From Picochlorum sp. SENEW3 (lineage: Eukaryota): 64,000 nt of DNA. This document shows, piece by piece, positions 10,684 through 21,658 of the stretch. The notes beneath the pieces are model-generated. The model was not told where the DNA came from and ran no database searches. It saw only the letters and a list, made by a program, of their open reading frames with translations. Each line of letters starts with the position of its first letter. Within the stretch, counting starts at the first letter, position 1. The stretch covers positions 682,001-746,000 of the forward strand of contig CP120453.1 in NCBI GenBank assembly GCA_034226945.1. The letters run 5' to 3'. The translations under genes were made by a program, and so were the position numbers.

Positions 10684-11618
10684 ATGTCTGATCCTAGAAT
10701 ACAGAGAATATCTGACGCTATTCGAGTCATTCCTGATTTTCCCAAACCAGGAATTCTTTTTCAGGATGTGACGACTATTCTGTTGGATCCGCAGGCGTTT
10801 CAGGATAGCATTGATATTATGGCTGAGAAATATGCATCAGAGGGTGTGGATGTGATTGCAGGTGCGAAAGGAATGGCAATGATGTAGCGTGAACGCTGCT
10901 GCATGGAATTCATTCATTCTTCAGAGGAGAGAAGTGGAAAAGAATTCCACCGATGGATTTTGTTTTCATACACGGTGAATGAAGTTATACTGTTATTCTT
11001 ATAACCATGATGCAGGATTTGAAGCTCGAGGATTGATATTTGGAGCCCCATTGGCATTGGCACTGAATATTCCATTTGTTCCTCTGAGGAAACCAGGAAA
11101 ACTTCCAGGTACTACTATCAGACTCTTTTTCTATAGTAGTAGTAGTGCTGTTTTTTGATACTGATATATTCATCTAAAACATCTGCAGGAGAGACCATCT
11201 CGGCGACCTATGAGACCGAGTATAGCACGGATAAGATTGAAATGCATACAGGTGCTGTCAAGGAGGGCCAAAAGGTTCTCTTGGTGGACGATCTGATTGC
11301 AACTGGGGGCACACTTGGTACGTCCAATTCCTTTGATATGCATATTTCTTTTTCTTCTTCTTCTTTTCCTAATACTACTGCCACTATACGGTTGGAAGAA
11401 GACCAGACAATCAAGAATGAAGAATTGCTGCAAAGAAACCCATCTGATCTAATGCTATATGGTGATCTGCAGGTGCTGGGATTGATCTGATCACCAAAGC
11501 CAAGGCCAATGTCATGGGCTGTGCATGTATTATTGAGCTCCCAGAGCTTGAGGGAAGGAAAAAGTTGGGAGATATTCCCCTCTTTGTTCTTGTTGAAAAA
11601 GAGGACATGGCATCATGA
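10684..11618 (+). CDS. APRT: Adenine phosphoribosyltransferase; exons 10684-10861, 11016-11108, 11189-11317, 11473-11618
   Basis: [37 protein letters not shown] and the PRPP motif [13 protein letters not shown]; three phase-consistent GT-AG introns. Confidence 0.95.
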
Positions 11619-11667
11619 ATTCCTTATTTGTTTGGTCTCATCTGCTCCGCAGAGCAGCGAAACATTT

Positions 11668-11672
11668 TGTAA
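11668..11672 (+). promoter_or_regulatory. Putative chlorophyte polyadenylation signal TGTAA after APRT (similar sites follow TopA, PRL1, HCF173, GSA and the aspartic protease)
   Basis: TGTAA about 50 nt downstream of the stop codon; UGUAA is the established chlorophyte poly(A) signal. Confidence 0.5.
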
Positions 11673-11754
11673 TAATAAAGAATATCTGTATTGAAAAGAG
11701 TAGGAGAGAGATTTGTTGAATAATTCATGGGACTTGAGACGAAAAACAAAAAGC

Positions 11755-13559
11755 ATGGTTGACTCGTCGCTTCCTTCAAAAGGAGACGAACAACCCCATG
11801 ACATGAGCAATATTCAGCAAGCACTAGATAGTTCTACTCATAATGGCGTCATAGAAGGGGAGAAGAAGACGCATGGTACGTGACATGTGACATGGCGAAG
11901 GAATTCCATGAAAAAAACATCCTTGCGGTACCATGGCGATGGGCTGACGATCTGCATGATTCTTGACTCATCTATACACATGGATTCTGTGCAGTGGAAG
12001 ATGGAACGGGTACTGCAGCGATAGGTAATGACATGGATGATGAAGAGACAGCTACAGAGTCTGACTCATATCTGGAGAAGACGACACGTCATTCCTGGGG
12101 AGCAGAGGAAGGCGGGCCAAGCTCAGCAAGTCACGGTGAGGTTGTCTCTCGAAAGAGGGCGACGCGTGGGGGGTATAGGGGTGCTATTAGTGTCAAGTTG
12201 CTGATTGATGAAGGCATCTTGGCTCCGGGGGATGGGGTTTTGAGCGTAGAATACAAGGGTATGGTGCGTACTGCTGATTTGTTAGAGGATGGGAGGATTC
12301 GAGTGGATATAGATGGAGATATTATGATGTTTGATAGCCCGTCTGCGTTTTCTATTTTCATCAAACGGTTGGTCAACCCAACAAGGAAGGCTGATGATGG
12401 TTGGAAATCTGTAAAGTATAATGGCACGCTGTTGGAAAAGTTCAAGGTGGAGCTGGCGAAACAGTCATTACCATTTGATGAGAGTGTAGAGAAGCGACAG
12501 AAAATAGTCGTGGCGGAGCAACCAGTGCCACCAGCTTCTCCTGAACGTGCTCCTCGGGTGAGAAATGTAGAGCATGCAGGTGTCGGTGCAGATTCTACAG
12601 AATATACGGTGGAACTTCGGGAGTATAGTGAACCGCAGCCTTTTGATTTGTGTGTGTCTCCATTCGCAGAGGCTATAATAGATTTTCATGCGCATTTGTG
12701 TTACGATGAGGTTATGGGTGTACTCATGGGCACTGTCTCTGAGGATGCATCCAGAAAGAAAGTAACGGTACTCACGGCCGTACCTATCGCAGTGAAGAAC
12801 GATAGTATATACCAAAAAGTGTCCCGTGTGCAGATGGATGCGGATGAGATGGAATCACAGGTGAAAAAACTGGCTGATGATGGATCGCTTCAGTGCGTGG
12901 GAAGCTATCATTCACACCCTGACTTTGCACCACTCCCGACGATTATAGACACGTTGAGTTTTGTCAGGGACGCACATAAAGTATCCTGTCGTGTGGAAGC
13001 CATCGTATCTCCATATGATCCAGCCCATGCAGATGCCTCGGCCCCAATCACATGGTACCATGTGAATATTCCACCATCAGCAGGAATGAAGGATGGTCTT
13101 CCTGACGACGTGGACCCCGCCACGTTGGGCTGTGTGCCATATAGACTGCAATATACTAGTAGTGAGGGTGATACAGCTGCAAATGCAGCATCGCTTCAAA
13201 AAGTGGTGGAGGACTTGGCAAAGAAATATGCCCCTGCTCACAACAGAGCCAACATTGAAGGGTTGTGGAAAAAGACAGACGATGGGTCGGTCATTCTCCG
13301 TATAGACAAAATGATTGAATCATTCCGGGACAAGCTCTCCAAAGGCACTCAGCTTGAAGGGAAACTAAATTCTTTTGTCACATACAAGCTGGATGTCCTT
13401 GTCCGGGCAGTCTGGAGCGTCTACGGTAGGAAAGACACGGATAATACGCTGTCTAGCGACGGTCATCAGAAACCAACAGATCCATCAGTGTTACATCAAT
13501 CATCAGGAGGACAGGATGCTGACGATGATGAGCCAATCTCGGATGATAATACAGAGTAG
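11755..13559 (+). CDS. MPND: MPN domain-containing protein with N-terminal RAMA domain (MPND-like); intron 11876-11994
   Basis: RAMA-like segment (LLIDEGILAPG..YKG..ADLLEDGRI..FDSPSAFS..GWKSVKYNG) followed by an MPN/JAMM domain (DFHAHL..EVMGVL..YHSHP..PTIID). A phase-1 intron gives ATG 11755. Confidence 0.85.
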
Positions 13560-13686
13560 TAATAAACCACCATGTCTCATCTTGAATGGCCACAATTGAG
13601 GGATTTTGACAACTACTACTAGAAAGCTCCACAAAACCATCTCAGTATACCAAAATATCAATAGTACTATAAATATATTTGTAAAA

Positions 13687-15262
13687 ATGCCTCCGAAACG
13701 GAAGAATAGGCCCGGGAAAGGCAGAGGTGAAGACATGACAAAATCCATCGAATTTTTAGTGTCTCAAAGTATGAAGAATAGCTTTGATTTGTTCGTTGGG
13801 AATGTCTATGACACCAATAATGTTGATGAAAAGGCCGAAGAGATGAAAATTAAGAGCAAGGTAGGCGTGCGACTCTTTTTTGTTTGGAAAAGATGTGATA
13901 CGATGCATGTGCTGAGCTTTTGTGCCTATTTTGCTGCAGATTATCGACGAATATTCATTCCTGAAGAATTATGTCCCTAGAGAGGGCGCGAATGGTGTGC
14001 CTGGGCGGAAACAGGTGACGACACAGAGAATTAGCAAGAATGATGCCTCAGGGACTGCACGAATTATTGACTCGCTGGATGATGATACCGCATCGCGGCG
14101 TACTCAAGCGCCTGCTTCGAATCAGTTGGCGTTGGTGTCGGATGTACGGGCTGGTATTTCGGATAGTGCCAAGGCATCTCTGCAGGGAACCATTATGATT
14201 CCTACTGCTGCGGGAGGGCAGAGGGAGTATGTGCCTAGTGCAACAATAGCGAAACGGGCTGCTGCGAAATGGCCGCGACCAGAGTGGCATGCGCCGTGGA
14301 AGACGTATAGAGTCATTTCTGGGCATCTGGGGTGGGTTCGGTCGATTGCGTTTGATCCGACCAATGAATGGTTTGTGACTGGGAGTGCTGATAGGACCAT
14401 CAAAGTGTGGGACACGGCGAGTGGGCAGCTTCGACTCACATTGACGGGTCATATTGAACAGGTGACAGGGTTGGCTGTGTCGGCCAGACATCCTTACATG
14501 TTTTCATGTGGATTAGATAAGCAGGTCAAGTGCTGGGATTTGGAACAGAATAAAGTGATTCGAAACTACCATGGGCATTTATCCGGCGTGTATTCGCTCG
14601 CATTGCATCCTAAATTAGATATATTAGCTACTGGTGGAAGGGATGCGACGTGTCGGGTGTGGGATATGAGAACACGAACTCAAATTTATGCATTGGGTGG
14701 TCATGAGGATAATGTGTCTGCTATTCTGATGCAAGCCACAGATCCCCAGGTGATTACCGGTTCTCATGATAAAACAATCAAATTGTGGGATTTGAGGATG
14801 GGAAAGACATTATCGACGTTGACGTATCATAAAAAGTCTGTGAGGGCATTAGCAGCACATCCAACAGAGTACAACTTTGCATCTGGAGGCGCTGATAATG
14901 TGAAGAAGTTTGGGCTTCCGAGAGGAGAGTTTTTGTTCAACTTTTTACAGCAACAGGGATCCATTATTAATGCGATGGCCGTCAATGAAGATGGTGTGCT
15001 TGCTACTGGGGGTGATAATGGTTCATTATGGTTCCGTGATTGGAAGAGTGGCAATACATTTCAACAGACAGAAGCTGTTGTGCAGCCTGGGTCTCTGGAC
15101 TCGGAGGCTGGTATATATGCAATGTCTTTTGATGTTACTGGTACTCGTCTTGTCACGTGCGAAGCGGATAAAACTATCAAAATGTGGAAGGAAGATGAGA
15201 CAGCAACTCCAGAGACGCATCCAATTGATTTCCAGCCTCCTCGCAATATCAAGAGGTATTGA
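13687..15262 (+). CDS. PRL1: Pleiotropic regulator 1 / Prp46 WD40 spliceosomal NTC protein; intron 13861-13939
   Basis: [21 protein letters not shown], seven WD40 repeats, [22 protein letters not shown]. Confidence 0.95.
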
Positions 15263-15310
15263 TGTTTCGTATTTATTATAGTGACAATGACTGTAATTAC
15301 AATGATGAAT

Positions 15311-17188
15311 TTAGAATTTCGACATGAGAGTATCAAATGGTCGTGGAATTGATTCATTCAAATTCTTCAGAAGCGCAATGTGAGGCTCATCCTGATAGGA
15401 TGGGATGATGGTTGCCTGTTGTCCAGTATTCAGCGTCTCTAAGACGAGATTTGCCGCTCCAAGGCCCGTCACCCACGCTCGTTCTTGTGATAATCCGTTC
15501 GCTCCATGTGGAACGTCTTTCACATAATCACCGGCAAGAAAAACGTTTGAGAATGATGTGTCCTGACGGGGGCGATTCTTGTATGATCCAGGGCTGAAAT
15601 GGGTCACTGCATTGGAGAATTTCACAACTGCACTGTCAATAACTTTTGCGTCTCGAAATACTGGATCGCATGCTCTTATATTTTGGACAACTGTATCGAT
15701 GATATCTTCATCGCTCCGTGGAAGCAATGCTGAGGCACCATAGAAATCAGCTGATATAACTGTGCCTGGCTCATCCTCCTTCTGTGACTGCATCTCTGTG
15801 GTATTAAAATATGTCGCTCCACACACCTCGAAATCTGCTAATACATTGGCTGGGAACCGAGTGGGTAAAATTTTATCAAACCATACTTTGGTTGCAATGC
15901 AATCAATGGATCTCAGGTTCATGATGTTTGCAAATTCTGGGCAGCATCCCAATTGAGGAGAATTGGACACAATCTTTTTCATTCCTGAAATACTCAGAGC
16001 AAAAATAACCGCATCAGCGTCAAATGTTTCCGTCGTATTTCCAACACGAGCCTCAATAGAAACACCACTTTTCTGACCCTGGTCCTCCACACGAACATTG
16101 GTCACAAATGTATTGCCCTGAATGGATCCCCCCAACTCTGTAATCCTTTCCACAAGTGGGGTAAAAATCTTTTCCGTAATCGGACCTTTGCACCATCGCA
16201 CATCAAATGCGTTCTGGCTATTCAACGCATAGAAACATAAAAGTTCTAGAGTCACTGCAGCACTCAAATCTTCTGGTGGCGCAAACAGCCCCACAGCCAA
16301 CGTGGGTTTGAGGAAATATTCGTACGCATTGTCCGAAACACCAGCCCTCTTGAACATCTCCCGCGCAGACATGGCATCATACTGCTCATACGTCTCTTGA
16401 TCCTTTGCAAAGTTGATGACATCATACAACCACGGGATGATTGTCAATCGATCTTCCAGAGAAAGCTTGTTGTAAAACAGAGGCGATGTATACAGAAACT
16501 GCCCCAAAATGGTCGGTAATTGAGGCTTTTTCTGGCTAAATACTGGAGCCTCTGTGACCAACTGTGCACCACGTCCAGACTCTGACCGAGCCCAGAACCC
16601 ACTCGTCAAAAAATCGGTAAATGGCTGAATTTCAAGCTCGTCACATAATCTATTAATATTAGGATAATCGTACCAAAATCCCTTCACACCTGCTTCTATT
16701 GTACGACCCTGGCTACTCTTAAAAGCCGTTGACAGTCCCCCAGGATTTGGATTGGCATCAAGCAACTGGACATCAACCCCATCTTGCTCTGCCAAGTGTT
16801 TTGCAGCTGCGAATCCAGCAAACCCTCCACCGATAACAATCACCTTTTTGTTTTTATTATTCTTCCCTTGCGATGCACGACTCGTTGTCTGTTTGGTTTT
16901 CTTTGGTTTCTTGGCTGTTTCAGGCTGCTGCTTGCTTGGAACAGTCTCACCTTGCTCTCCTCCTTTGCTGGCACATGGAACAATCAGAAATCTTCCATCA
17001 TGTATTGAAATCGTATCAGATCGATCCACTCCTCTCCGTATACATCTTCTTCTACACGCTTGTGTGGATCCAGATACATGTAATAGTCGCCCAGGCATCC
17101 CACACGTGGTTGGCAGCTTGGAAACCTTGCCAACCACAAAGCCTCTGTGTCCACACACGTCGCGAGCAACCACGGTTCCAAAGGCCAT
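15311..17188 (-). CDS. Plastid FAD-dependent oxidoreductase, amine oxidase / phytoene desaturase-like family
   Basis: Transit-peptide-like N-terminus, VIVIGGGFAG dinucleotide fold, IEAGVKGFW and C-terminal NVFLAGDYV..SQERAWVTG; substrate not assignable. Confidence 0.8.
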   Translation of the reverse strand: MAFGTVVARDVCGHRGFVVGKVSKLPTTCGMPGRLLHVSGSTQACRRRCIRRGVDRSDTISIHDGRFLIVPCASKGGEQGETVPSKQQPETAKKPKKTKQTTSRASQGKNNKNKKVIVIGGGFAGFAAAKHLAEQDGVDVQLLDANPNPGGLSTAFKSSQGRTIEAGVKGFWYDYPNINRLCDELEIQPFTDFLTSGFWARSESGRGAQLVTEAPVFSQKKPQLPTILGQFLYTSPLFYNKLSLEDRLTIIPWLYDVINFAKDQETYEQYDAMSAREMFKRAGVSDNAYEYFLKPTLAVGLFAPPEDLSAAVTLELLCFYALNSQNAFDVRWCKGPITEKIFTPLVERITELGGSIQGNTFVTNVRVEDQGQKSGVSIEARVGNTTETFDADAVIFALSISGMKKIVSNSPQLGCCPEFANIMNLRSIDCIATKVWFDKILPTRFPANVLADFEVCGATYFNTTEMQSQKEDEPGTVISADFYGASALLPRSDEDIIDTVVQNIRACDPVFRDAKVIDSAVVKFSNAVTHFSPGSYKNRPRQDTSFSNVFLAGDYVKDVPHGANGLSQERAWVTGLGAANLVLETLNTGQQATIIPSYQDEPHIALLKNLNESIPRPFDTLMSKF

Positions 17189-17919
17189 GATACGAATATG
17201 TAATACTTGTATATATGTGATATGGAAAACTTTGTCACAATGGGAATCTATGCAGCTTGAAGAACTTTCACATGTCAAACCCAGACATGTCCAAGGTGCC
17301 GTTTGCAGGATACAAAATCGAAAACCTGTCTCTTTTTCTCCTTAAAATTGAATTTTAGGCACGTCTAAGAAATAAAAAGTATTGTTCATACATCAACAAG
17401 GCGCTCTTGCCTAGCATCATCATGAGGTTGAAAACAGGCCAGACTTTCCTTCCTCACATGATCTTGAAGAGGCACCACACTAGTGTGCAGTACTGCAGCT
17501 GCAGAGACATTTTTCACCTGGAGCGATTTTCTGTGACAGCAATCAGCCATAACAACGGATGTCGTGTACATTCTTCTCTTGAAATGAAGGAATGCATGTA
17601 CATTATGACGTGGACCATGGATGATGAGGCAACTCCTCCCTACTGTTCTGTACAGATCTGTACCTCTAGAGGTTGGGGAAACAACCACCTCTTTTAGTAG
17701 GAGAGCGAGATCAAAGAGGAAAACATCTCAGTCAACATGCGCTGATCACATTGAGCACTCCTCAAATTCAAATTGTAGTACACAATGAAGAATAAATATC
17801 CATGCTTTGTGTCGATTGCGCCATTGGGCTTCCAATGACTGTGATCGGGGTACGGTGGTATTGTCACAGCACGAACAAACCGTTCTGTTCAGGGTGATCA
17901 CCCGTCAAAGAGCGTGCAC

Positions 17920-18939
17920 ATGAAAAGAATCGTAGTGAAAATAGTATGTATTTTGTTATTGCTCCATTGGATAGGTCTACTGGGCTATTTTCGTGTCACG
18001 TTCAACCGAAGTTTGACACCCATTGTTTGGAAACAAGCATCCTCTGTTGGTATTGAGCTTACACCCAATAGATTCCTTGTCAACCATACGCGTGCAAGCC
18101 ATGTATTCGAAGCATTGTATACATCTGGGTATGAAGATTTACAACCAAACGTCTGGGAAGACTTGGATATCAGAATGTTTTCTGTCAAGGTGACCTCATC
18201 TCTGCACAAAGAAACATGTATTCTGATGGCAGATGCCCGTCCATTTCACAATCCCTTGCAGGACAGTATTCCAGACATTACAAGGATAGAAGAAGCTCAA
18301 CATTCATGGCCTGTTGCGTACTATGAGCTCACGCCGTATATGAATCTTATGTATGCCCTCCGTCATGGCTACACCTTTTTCAGGTTCACCTTGCCAGAGG
18401 AGTTGATTGGCAGGGGACAGAGGGATGCAACGTGGTATAAAATCCCTTTGACAGCGTACTTGCTCATGAATGAGTGCCAAAGCATTCTATGGCTGGACTC
18501 GGACGCATTCATTAGAGATTCTTCCGTCACCTTGGAAGAATTGGCCAGGGCATATGACATCCATGATGGAGGACCATACATGCTTTTGCCTCAGGATGGG
18601 CCTGGGCACTTGAACGCAAATATGGGTGCGTATCTGATTCGAAACGGGTCTCGTGTTCTATCATTTCTCAAAGAGTGGTGGACATTGCCACTGAATAATG
18701 CTGTATACAAAGCAAAGCTGCGTGGAAAGTTGCACGAACAGGATACGTTGAATCGTGGGATGAGAAAGTACAAGGGATCTATTTGGGTACTCTGTCCAAA
18801 ATCAATGCTTACGACAACCTATGGATCGTTTGTGAGACATTTTTGGGCAGGGCATAAGAATGAAACCTTGTTCAGAATGGAAATGGCAAAGCTGGCCATG
18901 GACTTTGTCCAGTATTTAATACAATCTCATGTGGAATAA
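17920..18939 (+). CDS. Type II membrane glycosyltransferase, GT34 (GMA12/MNN10)-like
   Basis: N-terminal signal anchor, TWYKIP, ILWLDSDAFI (DxD), LNANMGAYLIRN, HEQD, FVRHFW. Confidence 0.75.
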   Translation: MKRIVVKIVCILLLLHWIGLLGYFRVTFNRSLTPIVWKQASSVGIELTPNRFLVNHTRASHVFEALYTSGYEDLQPNVWEDLDIRMFSVKVTSSLHKETCILMADARPFHNPLQDSIPDITRIEEAQHSWPVAYYELTPYMNLMYALRHGYTFFRFTLPEELIGRGQRDATWYKIPLTAYLLMNECQSILWLDSDAFIRDSSVTLEELARAYDIHDGGPYMLLPQDGPGHLNANMGAYLIRNGSRVLSFLKEWWTLPLNNAVYKAKLRGKLHEQDTLNRGMRKYKGSIWVLCPKSMLTTTYGSFVRHFWAGHKNETLFRMEMAKLAMDFVQYLIQSHVE

Positions 18940-19237
18940 TAATACGCTATAGTAGTACAACAAACTCGGTCAAAAATATCCTCCTGTTTATCTCACAGTA
19001 CCACTAAATTCATGAGTTACATTCATCATCATCTGGAATGTATGTAGAATCCACCTTGCAATTGTCCTGGGCACTGCCCATGCATGCCCTCTGATGATGA
19101 GGGACTTTTGGTAAACGCATAGATCACCCGAGTCCTGGCAAGGATCAGCTAATTGAAAAAAAAATACTACTACTAGATAGTGTTTTATTGCTTGTGACAG
19201 ACATCCAGGAAGGAGAGTGAGAATACGAAGAAGAACA

Positions 19238-19528
19238 ATGAGCGCAACTATTGTTGGAGCTCTGCTTGGAGTAGGAGTGCAGTTGTACGCAAATGTTGCT
19301 CAGAAATTACCAGCACTGTCATCTCCATGGCGTCATGCTGCTAGTGCTGTTATAGGAGCGGGGGTTGCCTCTTTGGTTTTGGATGTTGAGGAACGGGCGA
19401 CCAAGGATGTTCAAGGTGGGTTTTTTCATGGCAATCTCCTGGGATATTACAGTAATGATGGTTAACTTTTATTCGATGCAGAACGAATGGCTGCTCGGGT
19501 AGCTGCTGATACAAAGCAACGAGCATAG
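19238..19528 (+). CDS. Mitochondrial complex I accessory subunit B14.5b/NDUFC2-like (plant type); intron 19416-19481
   Basis: MSATIVGALLGVGVQLYANVAQKLP..PWRH matches the plant B14.5b pattern as I recall it (SATMVGALLGLGTQMYSNALRKLP..PWEH). The phase-1 intron gives the C-terminus ERMAARVAADTKQRA*. Confidence 0.75.
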
Positions 19529-19549
19529 ACTGACTGACTGACTGACTGA
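19528..19549. repeat. (GACT)n microsatellite in 3' UTR
   Basis: gactgactgactgactgactga. Confidence 0.8.
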
Positions 19550-19605
19550 TGCTTCTTTTGTAAAATGTAAGTAACATGGATGATGATGACTCTTGTATAT
19601 CGTAT

Positions 19606-21249
19606 TTAATACGACTCCTTCCTATCACCATCATCATCACCATCATCATTATTATTATTTTGATGATGTGTAGCAGCATCGCCTTGCATGGCGTTGGTGC
19701 CTTCAGCCTGGGTGCCTTCGTCGTGGGATTGCGTGCGCAGCACCTGTTCCACTGGCGTGTGCAAGGAAATCTCAATGCCCTTGTTGTCATCAAAGTTGTG
19801 ATGACTGACAAATCCTGAGAATTCGGGTGATTCGAATTCAACGAAAGGACGTACCTTCGTGGGAGGGACTTGATCATCGTTTGTATTCTCATCAGCAACT
19901 GGTTCTGTCTCATGATGATGCTTGGTTGCCAGAGTGAGCAGTTTCTTGACTGCCTTGTACCGAGTATGAAACCACTCGCGGTCACCATCTCCATACCTCA
20001 CATCTTCCTTGTCCTGTTTCTCAATTCGCTCCCATTCTTCTTGATACTCTATGGACTTGAATGGATTGGTCATCCATGGATGACGGGCAATCTTTGCAAG
20101 AGACCACCGCTTTCTGACATCCAGGTCCAAAATACCGTCAATCAATTCTACACATTCGTTACTCAGGAGCTTCAGATATGGTTTGACATACCCACTGTCT
20201 TTCCATGAATGCTTCTTTTGCAATTCATAGATTGCTTCTTCGACCTGGAGCATGGTTTTATGAGGTATTCTATGGGCAGAGGCAACGTCATCAAAGGGGA
20301 ATCCTCCAACCAGCATGGCTACTAGCAAAATACCACACGCCCAAACATCGGACATGACTGGATCATATCGATGCGGCAATGATGTGTCGGAAGCAAACCG
20401 GAGCTCTAGTAATTCTGGTGCCATATACACTGGTGTTCCAAGGAGGCCCTGATATTTTGCATAGTGTGAATTCTCCCCAAAGTGATATGCGAATTGAAAA
20501 TCAGCCAGCTTGACTCTTCCCGGGAGCTTTTCAGAAGACATGATGAGCGTATTATCAAGTTTCAAGTCCCTATGAGCAACATGCATGGTTGAATGCATGT
20601 ATGCGACACTGGCAATCAATTGCTTAAAGACAAACCTGGCAGTGTCCTCGTCTAATGCAAGCCCTCCTCTCCCTTTTCTATTCAAATGTGAAACATTATC
20701 AGAGACGTATTCAGCCAAATTGCCCCCTTGCGCCGCCTCCATAACAATCCCAAGATGACTCTCCGTCAGAAAAATAGATCTCGCAGCGCACAAGTGCGTC
20801 GAACCAACACGTGCACTGGTCGACCCAATGACCACCTCATTGTACACCATGAGCATGTCACTTTCTGGGAGAGGCCTGGAATACAGCTTGATCGCCACCT
20901 CCTCGTCGAAATCATTATCATGAGCTAACCACACAGTGCTAGTTCCTCCCTTGCCAATCGCTCGTACGAGAGAATAATTCTTGCCAATCCCCAAGTGCGC
21001 TTCCTCCTTTCGCAGCCTCCCACTCTCTCCGAGTCCAGGCTTGTACGGTAAATGGAACAAAGACTCCCGATGATGCCTTACCAAATGCTTCAAGCTATGC
21101 TCCGATGATAAACGATGTGTTTCATAATCAGATGATGTGGAAACAGGCGCATTGGTGGCATCTTCCTCGGCGTCGGGTTCATGAGGTGTATTCAAGTCGA
21201 CCTTGTTCTCTGTCGCTGATACCTTGGGTTTCGATCCACAGATCCCCAT
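19606..21249 (-). CDS. Ser/Thr protein kinase, SnRK2/CAMK-like, N-acylation motif MGICGS
   Basis: IGKGGTSTV, VAIK, HRDLKLDN, DFQ (for DFG), GTPVYMAPE, DVWACG. Confidence 0.9.
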   Translation of the reverse strand: MGICGSKPKVSATENKVDLNTPHEPDAEEDATNAPVSTSSDYETHRLSSEHSLKHLVRHHRESLFHLPYKPGLGESGRLRKEEAHLGIGKNYSLVRAIGKGGTSTVWLAHDNDFDEEVAIKLYSRPLPESDMLMVYNEVVIGSTSARVGSTHLCAARSIFLTESHLGIVMEAAQGGNLAEYVSDNVSHLNRKGRGGLALDEDTARFVFKQLIASVAYMHSTMHVAHRDLKLDNTLIMSSEKLPGRVKLADFQFAYHFGENSHYAKYQGLLGTPVYMAPELLELRFASDTSLPHRYDPVMSDVWACGILLVAMLVGGFPFDDVASAHRIPHKTMLQVEEAIYELQKKHSWKDSGYVKPYLKLLSNECVELIDGILDLDVRKRWSLAKIARHPWMTNPFKSIEYQEEWERIEKQDKEDVRYGDGDREWFHTRYKAVKKLLTLATKHHHETEPVADENTNDDQVPPTKVRPFVEFESPEFSGFVSHHNFDDNKGIEISLHTPVEQVLRTQSHDEGTQAEGTNAMQGDAATHHQNNNNDDGDDDGDRKESY

Positions 21250-21658
21250 TGCTCAATAGTATCTCAAATAATCAGGCGTGGTTTTATTGGGATATAAATG
21301 TGGGTGCACATTGAGACTGATTCATCCACGTTTGACTCTGGCAGGAAAAGAAGAAGATCTCTTAAGTTAAGAGATCGATCTCTTATTTATTAAGGAGATA
21401 TCTCCTTAAATCAGAATTAGATCGCGACTATGAATATGTCTGGTATGTGCGATGAGCCCCTTGCTGTCGTTCACAACAAAACATTGTCTTAAACACTGTC
21501 ATAGTAGTAGAGAATCCATCACGGTATTGTTGGTCTGCTTTGTCTTTGCTTGACTGATCAATCAGAAAATTCTTGGCTCTGGTTGAGGTCCAAAGAAGAC
21601 GCGACGTCAACGGACGAGAAAGAGGGATTCGAAAATAATACATATATAAATTGATATT

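Noticed and set aside
17386..17697. Overlapping 100-aa (-) and 96-aa (+) ORFs between the oxidoreductase and GT34 genes
   Set aside because: Non-ATG starts, no recognisable motif, and I could not build a consistent exon model.
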